The position numbers were made by a program, and so were the translations under genes. Below, piece after piece: positions 1 to 11,850 of a DNA stretch of 41,725 nucleotides. The notes beneath the pieces were generated by a model. That model worked only from the letters and a program-made list of their open reading frames with translations. It did not search any database and was not told the origin of the DNA. Positions within the stretch are counted from its first letter, which is position 1. Every line of letters begins with the position of its first letter. Source of the DNA: Octopus bimaculoides (Eukaryota); the NCBI RefSeq assembly GCF_001194135.2, contig NC_068998.1:6353839-6395563 (forward strand), given 5' to 3'.

Positions 1-18
1 CTTTTTTTATTTCTTTTA

Positions 19-21
<3 letters not shown>

Positions 22-77
<56 letters not shown>

Positions 78-318
78 GTTCAGTAGTTTTATTTTTATAA
101 CGTGCTTTCACTTCACTACCGAGCGCAGCTCTGTGCGCCTTGGGTATGTGCTGTGGTTTGCTGTGGTGCTCTTATGTTTACTGTATTGAAAGTGTTTTGC
201 GTAAAATGTGTGCAGTACCCAGTAGTGCAATTTTCTGTATGTTATATATATTTGTAAGTCCTGCTATTTTTGTTATGTATTTGTCTGAATATTTTTTTAT
301 TATACCTAAGGCACCTAC
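22..318 (-). mobile_element. 3' end of an R4/Dong-clade non-LTR retrotransposon (C-terminus, 3' UTR, (AAT)n tail), 5'-truncated
   Basis: Minus strand 318-178 reads VGALGIIKKYSDKYITKIAGLTNIYNIQKIALLGTAHILRKTLSIQ* without interruption, matching the R4/Dong C-terminal GALG...QK.ALLGTA.ILRK motif. About 100 nt of UTR and a TTA repeat (22-77) follow. Not in the ORF track. Confidence 0.88.
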
Positions 319-330
319 TTATTATTATTA

Positions 331-459
331 GGGCGGTAAGCTGGCAGAATCGTTAGCATGCTGGACAAAATGCTTAGTGGTATTTCGCCCATCGTTACGC
401 TCTGACTTCAAATTCCGCCGAGGTTGACTTTGCTTTTCATCCTTTCGGGGTCGATAAAT
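331..459 (+). mobile_element. tRNA-derived SINE family A (Meta-domain-like), 3'-truncated
   Basis: Head GGCGGTAAGCTGGCAGAATCGTTAGC, B-box-like TTCAAATTCC, central GACTTTGCTTTTCATCCTTTCGGGGTCGATAAA shared with many copies in the window. Confidence 0.9.
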
Positions 460-1093
460 CTATCTATTTATCTCTCTCTCTGGAACTGTTTCCTAAGCAC
501 CGCAGGCATTTTAATGTCTTGTCCATGACAATCAATCTATCGTTAATAAACGCTTCTATTTAATTGAGAAACAATCACTCAACATCACACTACAACCACA
601 AGTTCACAGATACGATGATTCTTCTACTGGTACTACTACCCTGTCTGTTTTTCTGATCTAACCACATGACATACCTCGCTGCCGGAGCCTACTCGCTACA
701 CGTGTACATCGTCATCTCATCATCTTTCTGCGCTTCAAACATAAACTTTGCAATATTCCTGTGGTTCTGACACCGAAAAGGAATATTTGAAATTCTTTTC
801 TCACGCAATTTTCCCACAGATCTTAAAGTAACTTAAAATAGAAAATAAATTTATTGCTTTAAATAGTCTGAGAGAAGCCTAGATACATCACGATCGGGTT
901 TTTTTTCTTATTTAAACCACTTAATTGAAAATATAATTAACACAGGAATGATTAAGTCCTATTAATCATTTCTAGTAGTAATAGTACTATGAAAGGTTAT
1001 AAATATCCGATATTTGATACTGTAACAAAAACGTGAATTAATAAACTTTAATAAATAATTCTTTTAATGTGGCACAATCGTTACAACGACGGA

Positions 1094-1190
1094 CAACTTC
1101 GGCGGAATTTGAACTCAGAACGTAAAGACAGACGAAATACCGCTAAGCATTTCGCCCGTCGTGCTAACGCTTCTGCCAGCTCGCCGCCTT
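1094..1190 (-). mobile_element. SINE family A, head fragment
   Basis: Reverse complement AAGGCGGCGAGCTGGCAGAAGCGTTAGCACG...TTCTGAGTTCAAATTCCGCCGAAG. Confidence 0.88.
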
Positions 1191-2149
1191 GTGTTGATTC
1201 TGATATTAAGAATGAAAAAGTCGACACCAAGCACAAGTCTTTGTAAATCCTCATAACTTTAGTTTTGGAAGCTGTGAACGCGGTCTTCTTTGCTTTCGGA
1301 TAATGCGAAGCAGCATTTAGCTTTGATATTGTCACTTATATTTACGTAATGGCATAAAGTTCGCGAATGGTTTAAAGATTTTAAATATGAATATGTTATG
1401 TTACAATATTCTATGAGATGAAAATAGTTAAGGCTAAATCAAGAGATCAAAGTACTTCATTGGATCTTTCTTCATTCTTGTATCTACCTAGAAAAAAAGA
1501 AAAACAAATCCAGTTACGTTGATCTACTCAGGACTTGAACACTGAACCACAACTAGAGAACCGGAGTTAAATATCGCTCGACATTTTGTCCGATCATCTA
1601 ACATTCTTGTCAGGAGACGTTCTGGCTACGGAAAATTAAAATTCCTAAAATCAAATATAGTAAAGAACTGTATCATTTGTTACCAATAATTGTAACTCAC
1701 CGTCCATTATTACAATTTCAATAGAAATCTCGAACCTAACCTAAATATAGAAATTTAGTACAAAGGGTCACGTGTCTTTAGTTCTATGTTAATTTTACGT
1801 TTTTGAAATGCATTACAGAAAATTAACACATTGAAAAGAGATGCCCCCCACACACACACACACATGAACATACACACACACACACACACACACATTACCA
1901 TGTACATACAGATATACAATAAAACTAATTTTCTGTTATTTTCTATTCCAATCTCGTATGTGTGGCAGGGTATGCTCATAAGTGTGTATGTGTGCTCATA
2001 TATATATATATGTGTGTGTACGTGTGTGAGTGATTGTGTGCGTGCACGTGTATACATGCATGCATACACACCCTCACATCATATACATATACATATTTGT
2101 GTGCTGTGTGTTTATCAGTACGTATATGTACACATACAAACACACTTAT

Positions 2150-2430
2150 ACATGCATACATACATACATACATACACACATGCACATCATGCATACATGT
2201 ATACATACGTTTATATTTACATAGATACACATACATACATACTACATACAAACACACATACATGTACACATACATACTTACATACACACATACGTGCACA
2301 TGCATACATACACACATACATGCACACATACATACATACATACATACATGAATACATACGTACATGCATACATACATACATACATACATACATACATACA
2401 TACATACATACATACATACATACATACATA
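2150..2430. repeat. (TACA)n/(CA)n compound microsatellite
   Basis: Direct tandem repeats; source of the HTYI/MYVC ORFs. Confidence 0.95.
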
Positions 2431-2903
2431 CATGCATGCATACTTTAAAAAAAAAACAGAAGTGGAAAATGAATCTCATTGCTTTATAGCAAATATATGC
2501 CGCTGCTACATTCTTCCATCCCAAACAGAACCAATTATTGAATGAAAACATTAAAACATGAAAGCATTTAAAAGAATGTAAAATAAAAATAGAAATGCTA
2601 TTTAAAACGCAAACAACAACAATAGCAATTAAAAATAGTCCAAAGAATGGCAATCATTTTAAGCAGAAACTAATTATTATAAAATGTTTTACTTCTGATA
2701 TAGACTCTAAGTCTATGTATTTTTAAAGATGATAGTTTTGATGTGATTGGTTCGTTTACTTGACAATTAAACATGGCGAGCGTTGGGAGGTGACAGTGAG
2801 AGGTAAAGTAGAATAGGTTTGAAAGGTTCGCAATGTTTGGGTTCTCCGTCGATTACTGCGATGTGCAGTCAGGTCATACAGTTTTTTTATGAATCTATTA
2901 AAT

Positions 2904-3160
2904 CAGTGTTTCTCAACCATTTTTTTTTTGCTTATAGACTCCCTTTGATTATTCGACTAAAACCCTTCAGGCGGTGCCCCAGTATGGCCACAGTGAAATG
3001 ACTCAAGTAAATATCAAATATTATTAGAAACAATATTTTAAAAATTGTTAAAGTATCTTGTGCATTTTAGAAGTATAACCAATTTATTTCAGATCATTTT
3101 TAGCAACAAAATCTTATATGGAGTCCCAAGAGTCACGTGGACCCCGGTTGAAGACTACAG
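2904..3160. mobile_element. hAT (Charlie-like) non-autonomous element/MITE with 8-bp TSD and an internal SINE family B tail (about 2955-3010)
   Basis: Left TIR CAGTGTTTCTCAACC (2904-2918), right end GGTTGAAGACTACAG (3146-3160, 10/15 match). Flanks TATTAAAT (2896-2903) and GATTAAAT (3161-3168) match 7/8. Confidence 0.7.
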
Positions 3161-3834
3161 GATTAAATGAATTACTTCTCGGTAAATGACCACGATACAT
3201 CGTATGCGAGAAGCCCACAGGACCACCACCACAACCACCACCACCNNNNNNNNNNNNNNNNNNNNNNNNNNNNNNNNNNNNNNNNNNNNNNNNNNNNNNN
3301 NNNNNNNNNNNNNNNNNNNNNNNNNNNNNNNNNNNNNNNNNNNNNNNNNNNNNNNNNNNNNNNNNNNNNNNNNNNNNNNNNNNNNNNNNNNNNNNNNNNN
3401 NNNNNNNCACCACTGCCACCACCACCACACTACCACCACTGCCACCACCACCACACTACCACCACTGCCACCACCACCACACTACCACCACTATCAGATT
3501 TGAGAGCCCAAGTCAAGGCAAGCATACTCATAGCAAACAGAGTTAAACTTGGAGACGCAATCTTTTGCTATGCAAATGAAAGAACAATTTAAAAGAAACA
3601 CAAAAAACGAATTGCGGAAAATCTAATGGCTGAAAAAAAAACTGTTGCTCATTAACCAAATACTAATTAAAAATAAACTAGGCACTAAAATATTAAATGA
3701 AATCAAAAATAATAAATTAGGAATTATTTAATGACTAACTGGTACTCCAAAGTATTGCTCTGAAGCTATTGTTCATTAAACACAGTTGATGCAGTAATAA
3801 TAATTCCTAATTTTCATAAAAGGCAATACATTTT

Positions 3835-3927
3835 AGGAGGGACGGACAGTTACTAACATGGACACCAAGACAGGACTGGAACTTATGCGTAGGTAAAAGA
3901 CAAAGAGAACGCAAAACAGGAAAGGAC
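3835..3927 (+). mobile_element. RTE-clade LINE C-terminal remnant
   Basis: Reads RRDGQLLTWTPRQDWNLCVGKRQRERKTGKD, resembling the RTE L.W.P...KR.RGRP motif. Confidence 0.45.
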
Positions 3928-4045
3928 TCCACACACATGAACGAAGTAAATAGACATCCCCTAAAACATCGTTTTCTTGTAAAGGTTTATATTCTTCATT
4001 AATTGACATTTTTACGTTGCAGGTTCCATATGTGACTGTTTAGTC

Positions 4046-4195
4046 ATGTCATGCAGAAAAGAAGCCTTGGAAGTGTCTGAATTTCAAAGAGACCGTATTG
4101 TGGGTCATTCTGAAGGTGGACATTGTCAGCATAAAATCACAGAAAACCTTGGGATCCCGCTTTCTACAGTTAATAATAATAAATTTATATTCTAA
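4046..4195 (+). pseudogene. Tc1-like transposase N-terminal helix-turn-helix fragment (truncated)
   Basis: ATG at 4046: [49 protein letters not shown], matching Tc1 E(L)SEFQRG.IVG...G.S...IA..LGIP.STV. Breaks off into AAT repeats. Not in the ORF track. Confidence 0.82.
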
Positions 4196-5175
4196 TAAAT
4201 TATAGAGTAATCCATCAGATGAATGTAAACTTCTTTTCTATTATAAGTGAGCATAAAAACAAACAATGCACACACGCGAGCACACANNNNNNNNNNNNNN
4301 NNNNNNNNNNNNNNNNNNNNNNNNNNNNNNNNNNNNNNNNNNNNNNNNNNNNNNNNNNNNNNNNNNNNNNNNNNNNNNNNNNNNNNNNNNNNNNNNNNNN
4401 NNNNNNNNNNNNNNNNNNNNNNNNNNNNNNNNNNNNNNNNNNNNNNNNNNNNNNNNNNNNNNNNNNNNNNNNNNNNNNNNNNNNNNNNNNNNNNNNNNNN
4501 NNNNNNNNNNNNNNNNNNNNNNNNNNNNNNNNNNNNNNNNNNNNNNNNNNNNNNNNNNNNNNNNNNNNNNNNNNNNNNNNNNNNNNNNNNNNNNNNNNNN
4601 NNNNNNNNNNNNNNNNNNNNNNNNNNNNNNNNNNNNNNNNNNNNNNNNNNNNNNNNNNNNNNNNNNNNNNNNNNNNNNNNNNNNNNNNNNNNNNNNNNNN
4701 NNNNNNNNNNNNNNNNNNNNNNNNNNNNNNNNNNNNNNNNNNNNNNNNNNNNNNNNNNNNNNNNNNNNNNNNNNNNNNNNNNNNNNNNNNNNNNNNNNNN
4801 NNNNNNNNNNNNNNNNNNNNNNNNNNNNNNNNNNNNNNNNNNNNNNNNNNNNNNNNNNNNNNNNNNNNNNNNNNNNNNNNNNNNNNNNNNNNNNNNNNNN
4901 NNNNNNNNNNNNNNNNNNNNNNNNNNNNNNNNNNNNNNNNNNNNNNNNNNNNNNNNNNNNNNNNNNNNNNNNNNNNNNNNNNNNNNNNNNNNNNNNNNNN
5001 NNNNNNNNNNNNNNNNNNNNNNNNNNNNNNNNNNNNNNNNNNNNNNNNNNNNNNNNNNNNNNNNNNNNNNNNNNNNNNNNNNNNNNNNNNNNNNNNNNNN
5101 NNNNNNNNNNNNNNNNNNNNNNNNNNNNNNNNNNNNNNNNNNNNNNNNNNNNNNNNNNNNNNNNNNNNNNNNNNN

Positions 5176-5232
<57 letters not shown>

Positions 5233-5345
5233 TGGAGATATGATGATCGTAATGATGGTGATGATGATGATGATGACGTTGATGATGAAGATGATGATGA
5301 TGATGATGATGATGATGACGACGACGACGACGACGATGATGATGA
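5176..5345. repeat. (AG)n-(AGAC)n-(GAT/GAC)n compound microsatellite
   Basis: Direct tandem repeats next to an N-gap. Confidence 0.95.
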
Positions 5346-5526
5346 TGGCAGTCCACTCCTGACCATGGAAGGCTATCAGTGACCATTGCCTCTACAAATT
5401 GCCAGCAATGCCCGTACATGCGATAAACACACCAGCAGTCGGCTTCCCCGGGTTCGCGTACTGTGTTCGCATGCTTGTCTTATATACACATACGTGCATA
5501 GAAATACACAGGGGAAAGAGATTGGT

Positions 5527-5527
<1 letters not shown>

Positions 5528-5608
<81 letters not shown>
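5528..5608. repeat. (AG)n microsatellite
   Basis: Direct tandem repeat. Confidence 0.97.
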
Positions 5609-5612
<4 letters not shown>

Positions 5613-5856
5613 AAGATCAAGGATAGATAAGCATAGTCACATGGAAAAATGCAGGCGAATTAACAATAATTATAAGAGCAATAACAACAAAAACAATAAT
5701 TTTGACGATAGCAAGGATGACTACACGACCATGATTAAAAGTAATTTCAAGAAAAATAGCTGAAAAGCAGCGAAAACATACAAATATATATNNNNNNNNN
5801 NNNNNNNNNNNNNNNNNNNNNNNNNNNNNNNNNNNNNNNNNNNNNNNNNNNNNNNN

Positions 5857-5891
<35 letters not shown>

Positions 5892-6310
5892 ACTCGGACG
5901 AATAAAAAATTAAAATCCAAAATATCTAAAAAAAATAAACTGGAAAACAATATATAAATAACGAAATCAAACATAACGAGCACACGAAAAAATCCCAGAT
6001 AAATAATTAAAAATAAATAAAAGGCATTAAAAATACTCAAACTAAATGAAAAGTTTTTTGAGTTATTTTTGCTATTGTTTTTTTTTTTTGGTGGGGTCTT
6101 TTGTTTTAAATTTCTTCTTAATTACCTTCTCCCAAAATAAACTGAGCAATTAACAATTAACAAACCATAACGCAATCTGATAATTATTCATTAGAACTAT
6201 TTGTTGATTGGTTTAGAAAACGGCGAAGCAGTTCGACCGACTCATAGCGCCTCCTACACAAACCGAATCCCATCGGTTGTGAAATGCAAAAGAAATTGTT
6301 TTTTTAATTC

Positions 6311-6345
<35 letters not shown>

Positions 6346-6367
6346 TGATGATGTTGATGATGGTGTT

Positions 6368-6582
6368 GGTTTCAAATTTTGCTACAAGGGCAGCCATTTT
6401 GGCGGTAGGGGTAAATCGATTACTTCATCCCCAGTATTTAATTGCTACTTATTTCATCGACCCCGAAAGAATGAAAGCCAAAGTTGACCTCAGCGGAACT
6501 TGAACTCAGAATGTCGAGACGGACGAAAAGCCGCTAAGCATTTTGTCCGGTATGCTAACGATTCTACCAGATCACCGGCTTA
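6368..6582 (-). mobile_element. SINE family A, near full length
   Basis: Head, central domain and tail CCTTGTAGCAAAATTTGAAACC on the minus strand. Confidence 0.88.
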
Positions 6583-6599
6583 GTAATAGTAACAATAAT

Positions 6600-6819
6600 G
6601 GTTACAAATTTTGCCACAAAAGCAACAATTTTGGGGTGGGGGGAGGGAATAGTCGTCTCATCGCCCTCAGTGTTTCAACTGGTACTTAATTTATGACCCC
6701 CAAAAAGATGGAAAGCAAAGTCGACCTCAGCGTAATTTGAACTCAGAACGTAGAGACGAGCGAAATACCGCTAAGCATATCGTCCAGCGCGCTAACGCTA
6801 CTGCCAGCTCGCCGCCTTA
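6600..6819 (-). mobile_element. SINE family A, near full length
   Basis: Same head, central and tail blocks as the neighbouring copies. Confidence 0.88.
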
Positions 6820-6841
6820 ATAATAATAATTATAATTATTA

Positions 6842-7049
6842 TTTCAAATATTTGCCACAAGGGCAGCTTGAGGGAGATGGGGATGAGTTGATTAGATCGA
6901 CCCCAGTGTTCAACTGGTACTTATTTTATCGACCCCGAAAGGATGAAAGACAAAGTCGACTTCGGCGGAATTTGAATTCAGAGCGTAGCGACGGGCGAAA
7001 TACCGCTAAACATTTCGTCCCGTGCGCTAACGAATCTGCCCGCTCGCCC
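6842..7049 (-). mobile_element. SINE family A, near full length
   Basis: Same head, central and tail blocks as the neighbouring copies. Confidence 0.88.
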
Positions 7050-7054
7050 AATTG

Positions 7055-7097
<43 letters not shown>

Positions 7098-8183
7098 TAG
7101 CAGCAACAACAATAATAATAACTTGATATATTCTTAGGCATTCAATTTCTATTTTAAATCGCACCACGCCACTTACACGGATATAGAATAAGCGTGATGA
7201 AAACTCATTTACCTACATTAAGTTTCTGTGGTATAAAGTTGTTGTTGCTTTATAATTAAAGTAATGAAACTTAGTTTTATTATTTTACTTTGATGTTAAT
7301 GAATGTGTTATTTAGGAGCTCGTGAGTATCAAATAAGCTGTGGTTACTTTGCAAATTCAATGTTTTGTGCCGTATTTGTGCGAGCTTAAACCATAGAGAA
7401 ATGCAGTTTTGTGTTTCGGTCTTTTGTGTTCTGTCCCTGTTCGGGAGAATAAAAAGTTTTTATATTTTGAGATGCTTGCAGTTAGGCAATTAAAAAGCAG
7501 ATAGTTATGTGCATGTCTGATATTGCGGTATCTGTAGGGTACGGCTCTCAGAATTGACTCTTTAAGTTCTGAGTTCAAATACGAAATTATTAAAATAAAG
7601 TAATAATCAGATACTAAGCTCAATGGTATCGACTGAACTCCCCTCAAAATTGCTGTAGTTGTGTCTAAGTTAATGATAGTAGCATTTAAGGCTCTTCAAA
7701 AGATTCTAAACACTGAAAGCGGAAATACAAACATTAAAACAAAATTATAGTTAAATGCACAGGTACATTTTCAAAAGTAAACATTCAGACCTCAGCATAA
7801 ATATGATTCTATAACAATTTTGCTAGCGTCACTAGCCAGAAGGATGCACTGGATTTAAACTGACTCCAAGAAGCAAAGAGACTTTGGTAGTGATATATTA
7901 CAAAGTGCCGCTTTCTTGGGCTGTTCATTCTTGAACGAGCAAGAAGAGAAGTAACATGACTCTGTCATGGCAAAATAGGGAAGGGTTTTTGTTTTTTTAC
8001 ATGTCCCTAAAGAACAGTCGAAAGAAGCCCAATTCGATGTGGAGAAGGGAGACGTTTCCATCAACCGATGCATGATACATGCAAAAAATTATCTACAAGG
8101 TAGTAGTACGAAAGTACGGGATGATGGAATACAAGGGTAACGACTAGAATCAATGCTAGTTACCTTGATCCGCGTGTGTGTGT

Positions 8184-8236
<53 letters not shown>

Positions 8237-8460
8237 NNNNNNNNNNNNNNNNNNNNNNNNNNNNNNNNNNNNNNNNNNNNNNNNNNNNNNNNNNNNNNNN
8301 NNNNNNNNNNNNNNNNNNNNNNNNNNNNNNNNNNNNNNNNNNNNNNNNAAATATCAGACTTAAAAAAAATAAGTATTAAAAGGTGGTGTCCCAGCATGGC
8401 CGTGGTTCAATGAGTGAAATAAGTAAAAACCCGATATACGTGCGTGCATGTGTGTGTTTA

Positions 8461-8670
8461 CGCGCGCCGGACGAAATGCTTAGCGGCATTTCGTCTGCCG
8501 CTACGTTCAGAGTTCAAATTCCGCCGAGGTCGACTTTGCCTTTCATCCTTTCGGGGTCGATAAATTAAGTACCAGTTACGCACTGGGGTCGATGTTATCG
8601 ACTTAATCCCTTTGTCTGTCCTTGTTTGTCCCCTCTATGTTTAGCCCCTTGTGGTCAATAAAGAAATAAG
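8461..8670 (+). mobile_element. SINE family A with alternative 3' tail, head slightly truncated
   Basis: Well-preserved GTTCAAATTCCGCCGAGGTCGACTTTGCCTTTCATCCTTTCGGGGTCGATAAATTAAGTACCAG, then tail TTAATCCCTTTGTCTGTCCTTGTTTGTCCCCTCTATGTTTAGCCCCTTGTGG. Confidence 0.9.
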
Positions 8671-9501
8671 TGTGTGTATGTGTGCGTGCGTGTGAGTGTG
8701 TGTATGTGTGTATGTATGTGTGTGTGCATCCGTATATAGTTTTAAATCCTTTTCAGTAACAGGTTTTCCATTGAATTGGAAATATCGTAACTGATAATAA
8801 TAATACTTTTGTTGTTGTTACTGATGTTGTTGTAACTCTTAAAGTGTCACTGCTATGAGCTACAACACTCATCTAAAGAAAAGAAAAAAAACTAATTAAA
8901 TCCTATTCACTTAAAAGCTATTTTTATTTATCCTAATCTATTTATACATACATATGTTCATGTGTGTGTGCATCTGTGTGCGTGTGCCTGTCTGTGTATA
9001 TAAGTTTGTGTGGGCGTGTGTAATTTTGTGTATGTTAGTGTGTTTATGTAGGTGTGTGTAAGTGTGTGAGTGTGTTTATGTATGTGTGCCAATAGTCTAA
9101 AATTCTCTGAATAATTTTGGCGCTCTCTCTCTCTCTATATGTGTGTGTGTGTATGAGACTATCTTTTGTGTAGTAGGTATTGATTCATTTATATATTAAT
9201 ATACACTCATTTATACTTGTATAAACATGTTCGTGTATGTATGTGTGCATGCATGCACGAATGTATACGAGTATGAACTTATATGTATATATGCATGTAC
9301 GTATTATGCAGGTATGTATGTATGTATGTATGTATGTATGTATGTATGTATGCATGTATGTGTGTGTGTATTCTTTAATTGAAAATACACCTTCGTTCAG
9401 ATTAAGTTTTAAGATTCAATTAATGCTTGTAAATATAAACACGTGTGAATATATGGAGGTAATGGCGGAGGGGAGAGTTATGCGTTTTCTGTGTGTTTTA
9501 T

Positions 9502-9536
<35 letters not shown>

Positions 9537-9978
9537 CACACACACACATACATACACACGCACATACATACACACACACACACACACGCACATACAATCG
9601 CGATCTTTCCTTCGTTGATTGGCCCTTCACACATTCCTTCAACCCCAACAACCAGAATGAATACATCTTGGCATCTATTTGTGAAGTGGAACAGTGTCAC
9701 AAAAATATGTCCACGTCGCACTCATTTGCGGTTCACAAACGAAACTAGATACAAAGCACCTCGAAATAGAAAGACCCTTATAATGGAAAAAAAAATTTGC
9801 ATTATTTAAAATTCAAAAGACAAAAAGTACTGCCAACGGCAACAATACCACTTGACTGATGTAGCACTCGATCGAATTCCTAAAAAAATTATCTTCAAAA
9901 CTGCGTAAAGATTGTTGTCGGTATTAAAAGAACAACAGAAAAGATTTGGACCGTTGAGAAAATAAATCCAATCTTGAA

Positions 9979-10275
9979 ATGTTCTTCTTTACAAAAAGAA
10001 AAAAAATGCATGAGGTCGCTGTCTCATCTGTTGAACCTCTGATAGATGAAAACAAGGTTCTCCATACTGATGCGAAGTATATGGTTGAGATTCTGCAGAA
10101 ACAAGATTTCTCTTCTGTTAGTAATGCTAGTATGGTTAATGTGGGTGAAAACTGTGAAGCAAACCATCCCCGGTGCACCCTGTCCGACGTGTCTTTCGGG
10201 GCACCGGTAATCATAGCAGCTATAAATAGAACTGAAACCACCTCAGCTGTGGGTCACATTAGTTACCCCGCTTGA
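9979..10275 (+). CDS. Candidate coding exon or decayed ORF, product unknown
   Basis: 98-codon non-repetitive ORF with G-rich first and T-rich third codon positions, in locally GC-richer sequence. Possible acceptors end at 9998 and 10045; possible donor CCG|GTAATC at 10206/10207, or terminal TGA. No motif recognised. Confidence 0.42.
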   Translation: MFFFTKRKKMHEVAVSSVEPLIDENKVLHTDAKYMVEILQKQDFSSVSNASMVNVGENCEANHPRCTLSDVSFGAPVIIAAINRTETTSAVGHISYPA

Positions 10276-10477
10276 GTCTTGCAGAAGTGCATTTATGTGT
10301 ATATGTGTGTGTGTGCGTGTGTATTTGTGGGAGGGAGGGAGAGAGAGAGAGAGAGTATGCGTTTGATTATGTGTGTGTGCATGCGCCTGTTTATAACAAT
10401 ACCAGATAAACCAATCTGTTGAGATTTGATTTAAGTTTGATAAGTATATATCGTACGTAGAAATGATATATGCATAA

Positions 10478-10479
<2 letters not shown>

Positions 10480-10548
<69 letters not shown>

Positions 10549-10568
10549 GATAGATAGATAGATAGATC

Positions 10569-10641
<73 letters not shown>
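10480..10641. repeat. (CA)n-(TA)n-(GATA)n compound microsatellite
   Basis: Direct tandem repeats. Confidence 0.97.
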
Positions 10642-10642
<1 letters not shown>

Positions 10643-11635
10643 CAATTACCCTCGTGGTGTCACACATTGAAGCAAATGCATGGGTCGAAAGACGATCTCA
10701 ATTGCCATTTGGTAATTATAACACTGTCTTTAGAGACAGATAATTTCGATAAATCTGGAATTCATGTTGTATGCTATTTGATATACCTGTATTTGTCTAT
10801 GATGATCTTACACATGTCACCGGCCATGTGTGTGTTTGTGAGTAATTATATATGTATATGACTCACACATGTCTTACGACATAATTGCAAAATTATAAGT
10901 ATAACCCTAATACGCGCCATCTTCCATAGAAATGGAAATGTTAATTTACCAAATGAGACAGCCTAGATGTATGTCTTTCAAATTGAAGTGTATCTCCCGG
11001 GAATTTTAAACTGCGACTCGCCCGCACACAAAATATATTCGACCTGAAACTACAGTACATGGTTGACAAAACGAACCACAGATTACACAACCAAACATGA
11101 TTACATCAGCGAATACTTGAAGAGAAAATTACATGTCATTTACTTCAAAATGGAGAGCTAGTATAGCCTCATTATAGATTTATCTCCAGAGTTATAAGCA
11201 CTGGCAGCTCTGTCATACGTGTCACTAAACGTTTATCAAAGAACGTACCGTACGCAAATGATAAATTTAATGTTAGTTGCTTCAGAATGTATATATTATA
11301 TATTTGATTGTGCGATTATGCATCAGTATCTGTTCCTTTTGCGCTCTCGAAGTCATTCAACAAGTCGGCGCCACTGGTTCTTGTTCGAAGCGGTGTTCTC
11401 TGAATCGGCCACGTGGTGGTAATGTCAGTTATTAATGTTCTGCGCCATGTTGTTTTAGGTTTGCTTCTTCTTCTTCTTTTCCCCTTCGGTTGTGTGCATT
11501 TGAAAGCTGTTTTGGGGATGAGGTTGCTCTTGCATCCGGAGAATTGTCACCCGCTAGTTTTAATTTTCATTCTGCAACGATTTGGCTAAGTGGTATGGTG
11601 CTGAATGTCTGTAAATGGTATTTATTAGTTATATT

Positions 11636-11850
11636 GAAAAAGAGAGGAAGGCTGGGTGTTGGATCAGCAATCCAGCCCCGTAAAACAGGTACAATCACAG
11701 AAACAGCAAAAAGATGTCTATGCCAATGAACATGATACAACAATGACAGACATTAAAGAAAACCGAATGGAAATTAGAGTCGGGAAATGCCAAATTCTGT
11801 TCGCCAAAAATGGAACAAAACTAGGAACATGGAACGTACGAACATTTGAT
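11636..11850 (+). mobile_element. 5' remnant of an RTE-clade LINE (UTR plus start of the APE endonuclease)
   Basis: GGCTGGGTGTTGGATCAGCAATCCAGCCCCGTAAAAC resembles an RTE 5' UTR; the frame contains KLGTWNVRT, the GTWNVRT motif that begins RTE endonucleases. Confidence 0.7.

Noticed and set aside
1260-1340. FAFG*CEAAFS resembling the hAT dimerisation motif YLCE.AFS
   Set aside because: The match is too short, contains a stop, and has no flanking support.
3837-3892. Apparent exon TTTTAG|EGRTVTNMDTKTGLELMR|GTAAAA
   Set aside because: Another frame of the same bases resembles an RTE C-terminus, which is the simpler explanation.
7855-8140. Minus ORF of 72 aa, a possible + exon (QSKEAQFDVEKGDVSINRCMIHAKNYLQ) and a faint mariner C-terminal likeness
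   Set aside because: Three incompatible readings, none with a diagnostic motif or strong splice signals.
9924-10241. Minus-strand 105-aa ORF with a signal-peptide-like start
   Set aside because: Codon-position bias favours the + frame; kept only as an alternative to test.
11190-11271. Possible exon VISTGSSVIRVTKRLSKNVPYANDKFN
   Set aside because: Short, no homology recognised, and expected by chance at this AT content.
11330-11470. CpG-richer patch with CACGTG, as a promoter
   Set aside because: No other promoter evidence, and it lies just upstream of an RTE 5' remnant that could explain it.
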